A stretch of 64,000 bases of DNA from Bdellovibrionales bacterium (GTDB lineage Bacteria > Bdellovibrionota > Bdellovibrionia > Bdellovibrionales > JAGQZY01): contig JANPLN010000015.1 in the NCBI GenBank assembly GCA_031426555.1, positions 32,001-96,000 of the forward strand, read 5' to 3'. Below the pieces are notes generated by a model. It was not told where the DNA came from and did no database searches. It worked only from the letters and a program-made list of their open reading frames with translations. This document shows positions 8,293 through 18,116 of the stretch, piece after piece (position 1 is the stretch's first letter; each line of letters begins with the position of its first letter). The position numbers and the translations under genes are program-made.

Positions 8293-9339
8293 ATGAAGTT
8301 CGTAGATCAAATTAGAATTCAATTGCAATCAGGTAAAGGCGGAGCTGGCAAAGTCAGTTTTCGCCGTGAAGCCCTTGTTCCTCGCGGTGGACCCGACGGT
8401 GGAGATGGCGGTCGCGGTGGACACGTTGTTTTTCGTGCGACACTCAATGTAAGTAGCTTGTACTCCTATACGGGAAAGCGAAAGCTTCAAGCCGAAGACG
8501 GGCATCCCGGCGATTTCCAAAAAATGAGCGGACCCGATGGTAAAGATCTTATCGTCGAAGTTCCTGTTGGAACCGTGGTCAAAGATCTCGAAGGACAAAT
8601 TCTCCTGGATATAGAGAAAGCCGGAGATTATCAGTTTTTAACTGGGGGTCGCGGCGGAAAAGGAAACACCTTTTTTAAAACCAGCGTTAACCAAGCTCCT
8701 ACCTATGCACAGCCCGGCGAACCGGCACAGCTTGTCGATGTGATGATCGAGATTAAAACCATCGCCGACGTGGGAATTATCGGCTTTCCAAACGCAGGAA
8801 AATCAACGCTGGTCTCTTCTGTGACGGCAGCCAAGCCTGTAATCGCCGACTATCCGTTTACAACTCTCAACCCACAACTTGGGGTTGTCTCTATTGTATC
8901 CATTTCTGATGATAAAAACTTTATTATCGCCGATATTCCAGGTCTTATTAAAGGCGCCCACCTCGGTCAGGGGTTGGGACATAAGTTTTTAAAGCATATC
9001 GAAAGAACAAAATGTTTTGTTCACCTATTAGATGTGAGTGACTTCTCTGACCGCGATGTGTGGCAGGATTTTTGTGATATCAATGAGGAACTCAAGGCTT
9101 ACGACAACCTGAATCAGGAGCAAGAGGGCTATCGTGCTCTTTCGACACGTCCACAAGTGGTTGTCTTTAATAAGATAGACTCCACAACGCCGGATCGTCT
9201 TGAATATTTAGAGGCTCAATTTGGAAAAAAAGGCGAAAAACAAATAATAAAGGTTTCTGCAGCAACGAGAACGAATCTACCTCAGCTTGTGAATAAATTA
9301 TCAGAGATCGTCTTTGTAAAGGACTCAAACAATGCGTAA
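8293..9339 (+). CDS. obgE: GTPase ObgE/CgtA
   Basis: Gly-rich GGPDGGDGGRGG, G1 GFPNAGKS, G2 YPFTT, G3 DIPG, G4 NKID; canonical position after rplU-rpmA. Confidence 0.97.
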   Translation: MKFVDQIRIQLQSGKGGAGKVSFRREALVPRGGPDGGDGGRGGHVVFRATLNVSSLYSYTGKRKLQAEDGHPGDFQKMSGPDGKDLIVEVPVGTVVKDLEGQILLDIEKAGDYQFLTGGRGGKGNTFFKTSVNQAPTYAQPGEPAQLVDVMIEIKTIADVGIIGFPNAGKSTLVSSVTAAKPVIADYPFTTLNPQLGVVSIVSISDDKNFIIADIPGLIKGAHLGQGLGHKFLKHIERTKCFVHLLDVSDFSDRDVWQDFCDINEELKAYDNLNQEQEGYRALSTRPQVVVFNKIDSTTPDRLEYLEAQFGKKGEKQIIKVSAATRTNLPQLVNKLSEIVFVKDSNNA

Positions 9340-10372
9340 TGAAATAATTGCCCTTTATGGCGGTACGTTTGATCCCTTTCATATGGGTCACACTTACTGT
9401 ATTCAAAATATTTTCGAAAAAACAAAAATCGACAAAGTTTACGTGATTCCCGCACATCAAAATCCATTAAAAGAATTTGTGGACGGTCCAACACCCGAAC
9501 AGCGCGCCGAGATGGTTCGAGCGGGTTTGCAAGACTTTGACAATGTGGAAGTGGACGATCAGGAAATTCGCCGCAAAGGGAAAAGCTACACGATTCAAAC
9601 TGTTGAAAAGTATCTCGAAGAGTACACAGCCGAACAGCTGCATCTTGTTGTGGGTTTAGATGAATTTTATCAAATTCATAAATGGCACAAGTTCGATAAG
9701 CTTCTGGAGATGTGCAATTTTATCGTGGTAAGCCGCCCAGGAAATATTTTGCCCTTTAGTAAGGAAGATCTCCCTGTGGAGCTTCGTCCTTACGTGGACG
9801 TTCTTGACCGCTCTTTTATTGCACTCACAACCGGAAGAACCGTTGAGTTTTTGCGCGTTAAGGGAATCGACGTTGCCGCCACAGAAATTCGCAAATTTTT
9901 AAAAACCAATCGCAGTGTTGATAAATTTTTAGATATCCGAGTGGAAGAGTACATTAAAGAGCACAATCTTTATCCTCTCATCGGCCCTAAAGTGGGCGAT
10001 TACCTTTTGTTTACTGAGTTTTGTGCGAACACTCTTTTTGATAGAAAAGCCATCAATGTGCGGGCGCTGCATTTAAAAGAAATGATCGCCCCATCCGACT
10101 ACGTGATCATCGCTTCGGGAACAAGCAAGCGCCACACGCAGTCACTCGGTGAGTGGCTGTACAAAGAAGTTAAAAATCAATACGGTTTAACTCCCGTGGG
10201 TATCGAGGGAATGGATGAAGGGCGCTGGGTCCTTGTGGATTTTGGGTCTTTGATTGTGCATATTTTTTATGATTACGTCCGCATGGAATACAATCTCGAA
10301 AACCTTTGGAGAATGGCCGAGGACCTTAAATTAAAAGATCCCACGCTTGATAAACCCGAAGCAGGAAAATAA
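9332..10372 (+). CDS. nadD: Fusion of nicotinate-nucleotide adenylyltransferase NadD and ribosome silencing factor RsfS
   Basis: N-terminal GGTFDPFHMGH, SYTIQT and 'W..FDKL' (NadD). C-terminal IASGTSKRH, WVLVDFGSLIVHIF, R.EYNLENLW (RsfS/Iojap). Single uninterrupted frame. Confidence 0.92.
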   Translation: MRNEIIALYGGTFDPFHMGHTYCIQNIFEKTKIDKVYVIPAHQNPLKEFVDGPTPEQRAEMVRAGLQDFDNVEVDDQEIRRKGKSYTIQTVEKYLEEYTAEQLHLVVGLDEFYQIHKWHKFDKLLEMCNFIVVSRPGNILPFSKEDLPVELRPYVDVLDRSFIALTTGRTVEFLRVKGIDVAATEIRKFLKTNRSVDKFLDIRVEEYIKEHNLYPLIGPKVGDYLLFTEFCANTLFDRKAINVRALHLKEMIAPSDYVIIASGTSKRHTQSLGEWLYKEVKNQYGLTPVGIEGMDEGRWVLVDFGSLIVHIFYDYVRMEYNLENLWRMAEDLKLKDPTLDKPEAGK

Positions 10373-10375
10373 TTT

Positions 10376-10852
10376 GTGGCGCAGATGCAGCTTCTGGTTG
10401 TCTCCGAAGACAAAGAGAACTGGCTTGCGCTCGCTCAACAAATTTACGAAAAAAAATTAAATCATTTTATCAAATTCGAAGTTGTGGCTATCAAGCCCTA
10501 CCGTGAAGCGCGCGAAAAGATCGAAGACAAGATCGCGCGCGAAGCCGAGCGGATTCTCAAAAAGATCGACGACAAAGATTATGTGATCCTTTGTGATGTG
10601 GAAGGCAAAGCGATGACCTCTGTTGAGTTTTCAAAAAAGCTTTCGAAACTTCAGGAGCACTTTAGCTCCCGTCGCTGCACATTTATTATCGGTGGGGCCT
10701 ACGGAGTCAGCGAAGCCATCCAAAAGCGCGCCAATGAAAAAATAAGCCTGTCAAAAATGACCATGAACCACCACGTTGCCCAACTCTTTCTGCTAGAACA
10801 AATCTACCGCGCCTTCACCATCCTCAAGGGCATCCCCTACCACAACGAATAA
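10376..10852 (+). CDS. rlmH: 23S rRNA m3-pseudouridine-1915 methyltransferase
   Basis: FIIGGAYG, SLSKMT, LEQIYRAFTILKGIPYHNE; usual position after rsfS. Confidence 0.96.
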   Translation: MAQMQLLVVSEDKENWLALAQQIYEKKLNHFIKFEVVAIKPYREAREKIEDKIAREAERILKKIDDKDYVILCDVEGKAMTSVEFSKKLSKLQEHFSSRRCTFIIGGAYGVSEAIQKRANEKISLSKMTMNHHVAQLFLLEQIYRAFTILKGIPYHNE

Positions 10853-11085
10853 AGGTACGGACACACTTTTGGGACTCAGAGCATAAAATTTTCTCTAGAA
10901 GAATTCTTTAAACCTTTCATTTACGAGCTCACGTGCGAACGGGGCGTATCCGTGGGGCGTCATGCAATGACGACCTACGAAGACGAGCCCGTGTCCGCGA
11001 GTGCTGCGAAATAAATGAAAGGTTTAAAGAATTCTTCTAGAGAAAATTTTATGCTCTGAGTCCCAAAAGTGTGTCTGTACCTTTA
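10850..11085. repeat. 236-bp hairpin element (REPIN/MITE-like) with 74-bp inverted arms
   Basis: 10850-10923 is the reverse complement of 11012-11085 with one mismatch. The 88-bp spacer is itself imperfectly self-complementary, with apex CGTCAT-GCA-ATGACG. Confidence 0.9.
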
Positions 11086-12960
11086 GAGTTCGATTTGTAC
11101 GCCGAGTTCCACAACCTGCTGGCGTGGAATATTATAAAAGACGATGGCGCCTTCGGAGTTTTTGGACATAAACGAAAAAAGTTTTTCGCGCCAAATCGCC
11201 ATGCCCCGATTGTGAGTGGCGATAATAGTTTCTTTGCCCAGAAAAAACGACGTCTGTTCGGGATCAAGAACGATTTGGCTTTCGCCGGTGACGTCAAAAA
11301 TATCGGTGATATCGGGTTTTTCCATAAAGCCATAGCGCACCGACATTCGATAAAAACCATCTTTGAGTTCTGTAGTTTCAACATGCGCGTTTTTGCGAAT
11401 GAACGGAACTTCTTCCACAAATATCGATAGAAAAATATTTCGCTCGTGAAGAACTTTGTTGTGCTTCACATTGTGCAGAAGTGCCAGAGGAATCCCCGAA
11501 GGCTCGGCGGTCATAAATATCGCGGTTCCAGGCACCCGAGCTGGTGGTTTGGTTCGGATGTCTTTGAGAAATTGTTCGAAGGGAATGGTGTGGGATTTGA
11601 GATATTCAAAAAGAATAGACTTTCCAGTTTTCCAGGTGGTCATGATCATAAACAGCACGGATGCCAGCGCCAGGGGAAACCATCCGCCGTGCTGAATTTT
11701 GATAACGTTCGACGACAAGAATATAATGTCCACAGCCATCATCAAAACAAAAGCGATGTATGTCACGGTGGCAGACCAGCGCCACAGTCTACGCGCAACA
11801 ATACACGCCAAAGCGGTGGTAATGATCATAGTGAGCGCGACGGCAATTCCGTAAGCGGCCGCAAGCGCACTGGAAGTTTGAAAGGTAATCACTAACCAAA
11901 CCGTCATTGCGAGTAGGAGCCAATTGATGTGGGGCATGTAGATTTGCCCCTTGGTAATGCTGGAGGTGTGCACAATGCGCAGACGCGGGAGATAACCTAA
12001 GTGAATTGCTTGTTGAGAAATGGAATAAACACCAGTGATCAATGCTTGCGAAGCAATGACTGCTGCCATCGTCGAGAGAATGACCATGGGATACAATCCC
12101 CAGCTTGGAACTAAATAGAAAAATGGATTGGCTTTAGCCTCTGGTGAAGTCAGCAAAAGCGCACCCTGGCCCAAATAGTTTAACAACAAGCAAGGGAAAG
12201 CGACATAGTACCAAGCTTTGCGAATGGCCGACGCCCCAAAGTGCCCCATGTCCGCGTACATCGCTTCGGCCCCAGTCGTGGTTAGAAAAACAGCGCCCAG
12301 GACAATGAGAATTTTACTCCCCCCGTTAATACAAAAATCAATGGCGTAAACGGGATTGAAGGCTTCGAGAACAACAGGAGCTTTAACAATCGCAAAAATT
12401 CCCAAAGTTCCAATGGTGGCAAACCACAAGAGAATGATGGGACCAAATACGGCGCCGATTTTTGCTGTTCCATAATGTTGCGCCCAAAATAAAACAACGA
12501 GGATTGTGATAGTGATCGGGACTACAAAAGGTTTAAACATCGGAGTCGCCACATTAAGTCCCTCAACAGCGCCCAAAATAGTAACTGCCGGCGTTATGAC
12601 GCCATCACCAAATAAAAGTGCGGCTCCAAATAAACCAAACATCAGCATCAAGCTTCTTTTTGTGTTCTCTACAGGACGCAACGACGAGATCAACGCTGTA
12701 AGGGCAAGCACTCCGCCCTCACCTTTGTTATCGGCGCGCAAAACAAACATCAAATACTTAAGCGAAACAATAAGAATCAGCGACCAAATCATCAGCGAAA
12801 GGACACCCAGAACATTGCCGGCATCGGTGGTCATGCCGTCGGCATGGTTGAAAGCCTCACGCATCGCATAGAGGGGACTGGTACCAATGTCTCCAAACAC
12901 AACACCAAGAGCCGCGAGAATAACTGTAGATTCGCCAACAGAGGCTTTTTCTCTTCTCAT
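11083..12960 (-). CDS. kup: Potassium uptake transporter Kup
   Basis: LGVVFGDIGTSPLYA, ADNKGEGG, GAEAMYADMGHFG, AAAYGIAV. Start taken as ATG 12960. Confidence 0.96.
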   Translation of the reverse strand: MRREKASVGESTVILAALGVVFGDIGTSPLYAMREAFNHADGMTTDAGNVLGVLSLMIWSLILIVSLKYLMFVLRADNKGEGGVLALTALISSLRPVENTKRSLMLMFGLFGAALLFGDGVITPAVTILGAVEGLNVATPMFKPFVVPITITILVVLFWAQHYGTAKIGAVFGPIILLWFATIGTLGIFAIVKAPVVLEAFNPVYAIDFCINGGSKILIVLGAVFLTTTGAEAMYADMGHFGASAIRKAWYYVAFPCLLLNYLGQGALLLTSPEAKANPFFYLVPSWGLYPMVILSTMAAVIASQALITGVYSISQQAIHLGYLPRLRIVHTSSITKGQIYMPHINWLLLAMTVWLVITFQTSSALAAAYGIAVALTMIITTALACIVARRLWRWSATVTYIAFVLMMAVDIIFLSSNVIKIQHGGWFPLALASVLFMIMTTWKTGKSILFEYLKSHTIPFEQFLKDIRTKPPARVPGTAIFMTAEPSGIPLALLHNVKHNKVLHERNIFLSIFVEEVPFIRKNAHVETTELKDGFYRMSVRYGFMEKPDITDIFDVTGESQIVLDPEQTSFFLGKETIIATHNRGMAIWREKLFSFMSKNSEGAIVFYNIPRQQVVELGVQIEL

Positions 12961-13061
12961 GAAGGAAACGAAGATGCTCCGACTCCCGGAAATAGTCAAT
13001 CCGGTTTCGCCAAAACAAACAGGCGGCAGGTGGCACATAACTTGCTGATAACACTGGCGAA

Positions 13062-13664
13062 ATGAATAGCTTTAAAGGTTGGCTCAGAGTCTGTGCGTTT
13101 TGTTCGAGTGGCTGGGGGCACAGAGATCTACTCTGCGACGCCTGCTGGGAGATTTTGTGGCACCAAGAGAGGTTTCGCAGAGGATTTTTTGTAACGCCTG
13201 AATTTCCAGTGTCGGCAATGTGGACTTGGAGCACATCTTCAAAACCAATCGAATGCTTGGTTCGATCACAAAAATTTACGGGCTTAGCGCGGGCGCGGGA
13301 AAAAATCTTTCGGCATTACCTTACTTACTCTTTGGGACCTCCGCCGACTTTGATTGTTTATGTCATTCCTAAAAATAAAACCTGTGATCATGCTTCGGAA
13401 GGAGCCCATATATTGGCAAAATGTTTCGGAGTGGGGGCTTTTGCAATCGAGATGGAGCCGCGAATTCGCTACAAGTCGAAAGGACGAAGAGAGCGTGGAG
13501 AAGCGCAGAGAATCACCAGTGCACTCCGGGTTTGCCGGGACCACAACGTGTGGTTTTACGATGATGTCATTACCACCGGCTCTACGGCGAGAGCTGTTTG
13601 GGCGGCACTTGGGAAACCTCAGGGGTTTCAGGCAGTTGCTCTCGTCTACAGGGAGAGTCGTTGA
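13062..13664 (+). CDS. comF: ComF-family phosphoribosyltransferase-like protein
   Basis: N-terminal CxxC...CxxC and C-terminal PRPP loop YDDVITTGST. Confidence 0.75.
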   Translation: MNSFKGWLRVCAFCSSGWGHRDLLCDACWEILWHQERFRRGFFVTPEFPVSAMWTWSTSSKPIECLVRSQKFTGLARAREKIFRHYLTYSLGPPPTLIVYVIPKNKTCDHASEGAHILAKCFGVGAFAIEMEPRIRYKSKGRRERGEAQRITSALRVCRDHNVWFYDDVITTGSTARAVWAALGKPQGFQAVALVYRESR

Positions 13665-13748
13665 AAGCAATGAACCGTTCAGCTTAAAAGTTTTTCATTT
13701 CGGCCTGTAAAAATTGAGATTTTTTGAAGAATTTGCTAAGTCATAGGG

Positions 13749-14432
13749 ATGAAACATTGGGTTTTTGCAGTTTGTCTTTTTTGGCTTTCATTAGCGGGTT
13801 CGGCAACCCAGCGTGCTGATCAAGTGGAACTTCTCAAAAAAGTAGATGCAAAGTATATCGTCGCGAAAACCGTGACCATGGCGGTCAATAAAACCGACAA
13901 ATTAAGTGCACTCGAGCAGACAAAATCTTCCGAGGGAACTCTGCAAATGAAAAAAGGCAAGCTTCGCATGGAGCTCACGTCTTCGGAGACGGATAAAGAG
14001 ACGGGCAAAGAACAGTCTTTAGTGGTCGTCGACGGCAAAAATCTATGGCTAGTGAGTCCACCGGTCAAAGATGCGAAAAATTCAAAAACTCAGGTTGCGA
14101 AAACAAAACTCGCAAACAAAAAGGCGAAATCGCATTTGCTTTTACAAATTCTCACCGATGGCGGCGTGCTTCGTTTTTTCCAAGTGGACAAATCTGTGGA
14201 GCAAGACGATATGGTGGTTTATTTTTTAAAGCCTGAAAAGTCTATGCAAGAGATTCAAAAAGCCCAAGTGCTGGTAGATAAGACAAAACAGGTGATTGCC
14301 CAGTTTAAATATTGGGATGCCATGGAAAACGAAACAAGCTATCAGTTTACAAATGTTGAATTTGATAAGTCCATTAAGGACTCGGTATTTACCTATGCAC
14401 CCCCCAAAGACGCTCAAGTGAGCGAGTTCTAG
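13749..14432 (+). CDS. lolA: Outer-membrane lipoprotein carrier LolA family protein
   Basis: Signal peptide; G.LQMKKGKLRME, VVDGKNLW, FTYAPPKDA; sits upstream of rimO. Confidence 0.8.
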   Translation: MKHWVFAVCLFWLSLAGSATQRADQVELLKKVDAKYIVAKTVTMAVNKTDKLSALEQTKSSEGTLQMKKGKLRMELTSSETDKETGKEQSLVVVDGKNLWLVSPPVKDAKNSKTQVAKTKLANKKAKSHLLLQILTDGGVLRFFQVDKSVEQDDMVVYFLKPEKSMQEIQKAQVLVDKTKQVIAQFKYWDAMENETSYQFTNVEFDKSIKDSVFTYAPPKDAQVSEF

Positions 14433-14438
14433 GATCCC

Positions 14439-15836
14439 ATGAAAAAAACAGTCCATATGATCAGTCTCGGTTGTCCTAAAAATCTCGTCGATAGCGAAAT
14501 GATGTTGGGTTCGCTTTTTAAAGATGGCTACGAGATCACGCAAAACGAAAGCGAAGCCGAAACAATCATTGTGAACACCTGCAGCTTTATCGACGAGTCG
14601 AAACAAGAATCCATCCAGAAAATTTTAGACGCCTCTGAGTACAGAGAAACCGGAAAACTAAAAAATTTGGTTGTCACCGGGTGTCTACCGCAAAGATACA
14701 AAGAGGAGTTGGTGAAAGAACTTCCTGAAGTGGATATTTTTGTGGGGTCGGGTGAGTTTCAGAAAATTTCGCAAATTTTAAAAGCGAAAGAAGCTGGGTT
14801 GGCGCAAAAAGAATACTTCCACTTGCCAACGTATTTGCAGGAGGAAAGCACTCCGCGTGTAAACTCGGAGCCATTTTATCGCGCGTACATTAAAATTTCA
14901 GAGGGTTGCTTAAAGAGATGTTCCTTTTGCGCCATTCCAAAAATTCGAGGGAACCTCCAATCGCGAAGAGTTGACGCCATTGTCAACGAAGCGAAGTTGC
15001 TTGTTGCGGGCGGGGTGCGCGAAGTGAATATCATTTCCCACGACTTTACAGATTATGGTTGGGATCTTCGCCGGCAAAATCCAGAAATTAAAGATTCTCC
15101 ACTGGAACTTTTAAAGGCGCTGTCGGGTGTGAAAGGTTTGGACTGGATTCGTTTGTTGTACCTTTATCCAGACGGACTTGATGAAGACGTTCTGATGTTG
15201 ATGCGCGAGAGAAAAAATTTGGTAAAGTATTTCGATATGCCACTTCAGCACATTAACAATAAAATGCTAAAAGTGATGAACCGTAAAATGACCCGCGTTG
15301 AAATCGAAAAGACTCTGAATAACATTCGCCGTCTGATGCCAGAAGCCGTTATCCGCACGCAGTTTATTGTCGGATTTCCGGGTGAGGGTGAAGAGGAATT
15401 TGCAGAGTTGATGTCGTTTGTCGAAGAGCAAAAGTTTGATCGCGTGGGGTGTTTTAAATACTCTCCGCAAGATGGAACTGCGGGCGGCAAAATGGACGAT
15501 CAAATCGACGAAGAGGTCAAAGAAGAAAGATTTCATCGCCTCATGAAGTTACAGCAGAAGATGAGCAAAAAAATCCACAAACGCTTTGTGGGCAAAACAG
15601 TTCCCGTAATTATCGACGGCTTGAGTGAGGAGTCGGAGCTTTTACTTCAAGGGCGCACTTCGCAGCAGGCTCCAGGAATTGACGGCGTGGTATTGATTAA
15701 CGAAGGCGACGCTAAGGTTGGAGACATCGTGAATGTAAAAATCACGGCCAGCCACGACTACGACATGGTTGGGCACATAGTTAGTCCAACAACAGAATGG
15801 GTCGACGCCGAACGATCTGAACAGCTTTTACAATAA
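14439..15836 (+). CDS. rimO: Ribosomal protein S12 methylthiotransferase RimO
   Basis: SLGCPKNLVDSE, NTCSFI, EGCLKRCSFCAIP, IVGFPGE, C-terminal TRAM domain. Confidence 0.96.
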   Translation: MKKTVHMISLGCPKNLVDSEMMLGSLFKDGYEITQNESEAETIIVNTCSFIDESKQESIQKILDASEYRETGKLKNLVVTGCLPQRYKEELVKELPEVDIFVGSGEFQKISQILKAKEAGLAQKEYFHLPTYLQEESTPRVNSEPFYRAYIKISEGCLKRCSFCAIPKIRGNLQSRRVDAIVNEAKLLVAGGVREVNIISHDFTDYGWDLRRQNPEIKDSPLELLKALSGVKGLDWIRLLYLYPDGLDEDVLMLMRERKNLVKYFDMPLQHINNKMLKVMNRKMTRVEIEKTLNNIRRLMPEAVIRTQFIVGFPGEGEEEFAELMSFVEEQKFDRVGCFKYSPQDGTAGGKMDDQIDEEVKEERFHRLMKLQQKMSKKIHKRFVGKTVPVIIDGLSEESELLLQGRTSQQAPGIDGVVLINEGDAKVGDIVNVKITASHDYDMVGHIVSPTTEWVDAERSEQLLQ

Positions 15837-16308
15837 AAAAGTACTGGAAGGCCCACACGAGACAAAAAAGCGTGAGATAGATTCCGAGGGGGCGTTCAAA
15901 GGTGATAAGTCCCGCATACTCACCAAAATAATATCCAACCGCACCTGAAACGCCGATCAATAAATGAAACCACAGAGGTTTATTGGCGTAGCGGTCAATA
16001 AATTCAATAAACAAAAGTGAGAATACAGGCCAAAACGAAAGCAGCCATAATGGTGGGAAAAACGAGTTGTGGTTTGGAAATTCGTAAAAACCCAAGTGCT
16101 GATTGAGCAGCTCAAAAAGAAAGCCAAAGATAACAACCGTGAAAACCTTGGCCAGCGCCAGACGACGCTTTTTTTGCACGGATACATTAATGGCCACAAG
16201 ACCAACGCCGCAAAGCCATGGAATCAACCAGGAATAGTTTTGCGAGGCCGCCCAAAGACAAACAGCCCAACCTATTTTAAATGAGATAACATTCAGTGTC
16301 TTATTCAC
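15781..16308 (-). CDS. Integral membrane protein, DUF2878-like
   Basis: LNVISFKIGWAVC, FPPLWLLSFW, GYYFGE pattern; mostly hydrophobic; coupled to hpt. Confidence 0.7.
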   Translation of the reverse strand: MNKTLNVISFKIGWAVCLWAASQNYSWLIPWLCGVGLVAINVSVQKKRRLALAKVFTVVIFGFLFELLNQHLGFYEFPNHNSFFPPLWLLSFWPVFSLLFIEFIDRYANKPLWFHLLIGVSGAVGYYFGEYAGLITFERPLGIYLTLFCLVWAFQYFFIVKAVQIVRRRPILLLD

Positions 16309-16823
16309 ATTTTGTACGAGTAAATGTCCGTGTAGTTTCGTCCGAGTTCATCCGAGTCCATTCCGTAACCCACCACATAGCGATCATCAATTGTCATTCC
16401 GATATAATCTGGCTTTAAAGGAATTTCGCGACGGGCGGGCTTGTCGAGGAGTGTGAGAATTTTAAGAGATGCAGGATTCGACGCCATTAAGCGGCTTTTT
16501 AAAAAATTGAGCGTTCGTCCGTTATCAATGATCTCTTCCACGATGATAACGTTTTTGCCTTGAACATTGGTGCTGATGTCCTTGATTATTTTTAACGATC
16601 CGCCTTTTTCAGAAGACGTCAAATAAACGAAATCAACTTTTTGTTGCAGCGAAATTTGTCGCATCAGATCGGCCACAAAAAAAACAGAACCCTTCAGTGG
16701 ACAAATAAAAATAACTTCGCGTCCGTGGTAGTCAATTTCGATTTCTTTGGCCAGACGATGAACGAGCTCTGCGATTTTCTTTTGCGAGATAAATGGTGTC
16801 ATATTTTCTTTAAGTTGTTGCAT
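16305..16823 (-). CDS. hpt: Hypoxanthine phosphoribosyltransferase
   Basis: LKGSVFFVADL, IIVEEIIDNGRTL, LLDKPARR, YVVGYGMD. Confidence 0.92.
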   Translation of the reverse strand: MQQLKENMTPFISQKKIAELVHRLAKEIEIDYHGREVIFICPLKGSVFFVADLMRQISLQQKVDFVYLTSSEKGGSLKIIKDISTNVQGKNVIIVEEIIDNGRTLNFLKSRLMASNPASLKILTLLDKPARREIPLKPDYIGMTIDDRYVVGYGMDSDELGRNYTDIYSYKM

Positions 16824-17349
16824 ATAACCCCGTGTCGTTGATGGATGAAAGAGACAAAAATTTATCAATTTTGTTTTGCAGCTCTTCGCTTTGTGGCTGG
16901 TGTTTCAAAGCCTTTTGGTACTCAAGCACAGCATCACTCAAAAGGTTATTGGCAGCGTACAAGTCGCCAAGCTCTGTATGCTTTTGTGCGAGCTTCTGCA
17001 GCAAAAACGCATCTTTTCCAAGTTTTTGCTTTTGTTTCATGATCGAGTAGGCGTCTTCGAAAACTTTTTTGGCCTCATCGTAGCGACCTAGATCATTGAG
17101 AATAATGGAGAGGCCCACGCTGGAATCCGTAAATTCGGGATCGATTTCCAGTGAGTGCTTAAATAATTGAATGGCGCGTTTTAATTGCCCTTTATCAAAA
17201 GCGATGGAGGCCAACATGTAGGGGACATCTGGTTTTTGGTTGGGCTCGCTTTGCAGCTGTAACAGCAACGGCTCGGCAAGCTTGTAGTGCCCCTTATTGA
17301 AGTGGTCCTTGGCGGTATCTAGAAGTATTTTAAGATCATCCTGCAACAC
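16810..17349 (-). CDS. Tetratricopeptide repeat protein
   Basis: Repeated TPR pattern (A...FKHSLEIDP, LG..Y...A...YQKAL..QP). Confidence 0.85.
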   Translation of the reverse strand: MLQDDLKILLDTAKDHFNKGHYKLAEPLLLQLQSEPNQKPDVPYMLASIAFDKGQLKRAIQLFKHSLEIDPEFTDSSVGLSIILNDLGRYDEAKKVFEDAYSIMKQKQKLGKDAFLLQKLAQKHTELGDLYAANNLLSDAVLEYQKALKHQPQSEELQNKIDKFLSLSSINDTGLYATT

Positions 17350-18085
17350 CAGAGAACTCCTTTTTCGCCGTCGAAGCTTCTGAAGACTGTGGGTGTTCCG
17401 AAATCAATTTCTGAACATGGGCTGCGGCACGATCGGGAAGTTTTGCGTATTTAGCCGAAAGCGCTGCCCGCAAGAGTCCATAGGGAACTTTCTGGTTGAG
17501 AGGAAAAGATTGCAAAAAAAGTTCGTAGCGAGTGAGAGCCCCTAAATACTTTTCCTGCTTAAAATAAAAATCGGCAATGTAGAGCTCTTTGTCGGCAAGC
17601 ATTTGAATCAGCTTGAAGCGTTTTTCTTTGGCGTCGGCCGCATGTTTCGATTGCGGATACAGGGCGGTGATTTCTTCGTAATAGTTGATTGCTTGTGACG
17701 CCGTTGTGAGATCGCGATCCACGGTCGACGGAAGATCTTCTCGCAAACTCTCCGCCGCATTATAAGTCACATAGTCCATCATCGGATGCTTTGGATGAAG
17801 TTCTTTAAAAATTTTGTAGGCGCTGTAAGCTTCGATGTAGTCTTCTTTTTTAGAATGACAATCGGCCACTCGCAGTTCGGCCTCTATGGCTAATTTGCTG
17901 TAGGGGTGTTTGTTCGAAAGGGTTTTGTACTGATTGATGGCTTCTTCGTAACGCTCTTGTTTTTGATAAAAATCGCCGAGCTTAAATAGCCCCTCGGGCG
18001 TGTTGAGATTTACTTTGGGCTCTGTGACGCAGGAGACGAGGAACAAAGCGCTAAAAAGAACCGTTAAAATACGAAAGCATTTCAT
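17336..18085 (-). CDS. bamD: Outer membrane assembly lipoprotein BamD
   Basis: Lipobox LVSC, TPR helices, HPYSK, DRDLT, LADKELYIADFYFK. Confidence 0.9.
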   Translation of the reverse strand: MKCFRILTVLFSALFLVSCVTEPKVNLNTPEGLFKLGDFYQKQERYEEAINQYKTLSNKHPYSKLAIEAELRVADCHSKKEDYIEAYSAYKIFKELHPKHPMMDYVTYNAAESLREDLPSTVDRDLTTASQAINYYEEITALYPQSKHAADAKEKRFKLIQMLADKELYIADFYFKQEKYLGALTRYELFLQSFPLNQKVPYGLLRAALSAKYAKLPDRAAAHVQKLISEHPQSSEASTAKKEFSGVAG

Positions 18086-18116
18086 GTAGGCAGTTTAGAA
18101 AGGCTGAAGCGGAAAG

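Noticed and set aside
10850..11085. 6S RNA or SRP RNA
   Set aside because: 74-bp near-perfect AT-rich arms that include both stop codons; no central bubble or SRP loop motif recognised.
15781..15836. 56-bp convergent overlap of rimO and the DUF2878-like gene as an antisense system
   Set aside because: Short 3' overlaps recur in this compact window (e.g. 25283-25291, 31641-31653), and nothing else supports regulation.
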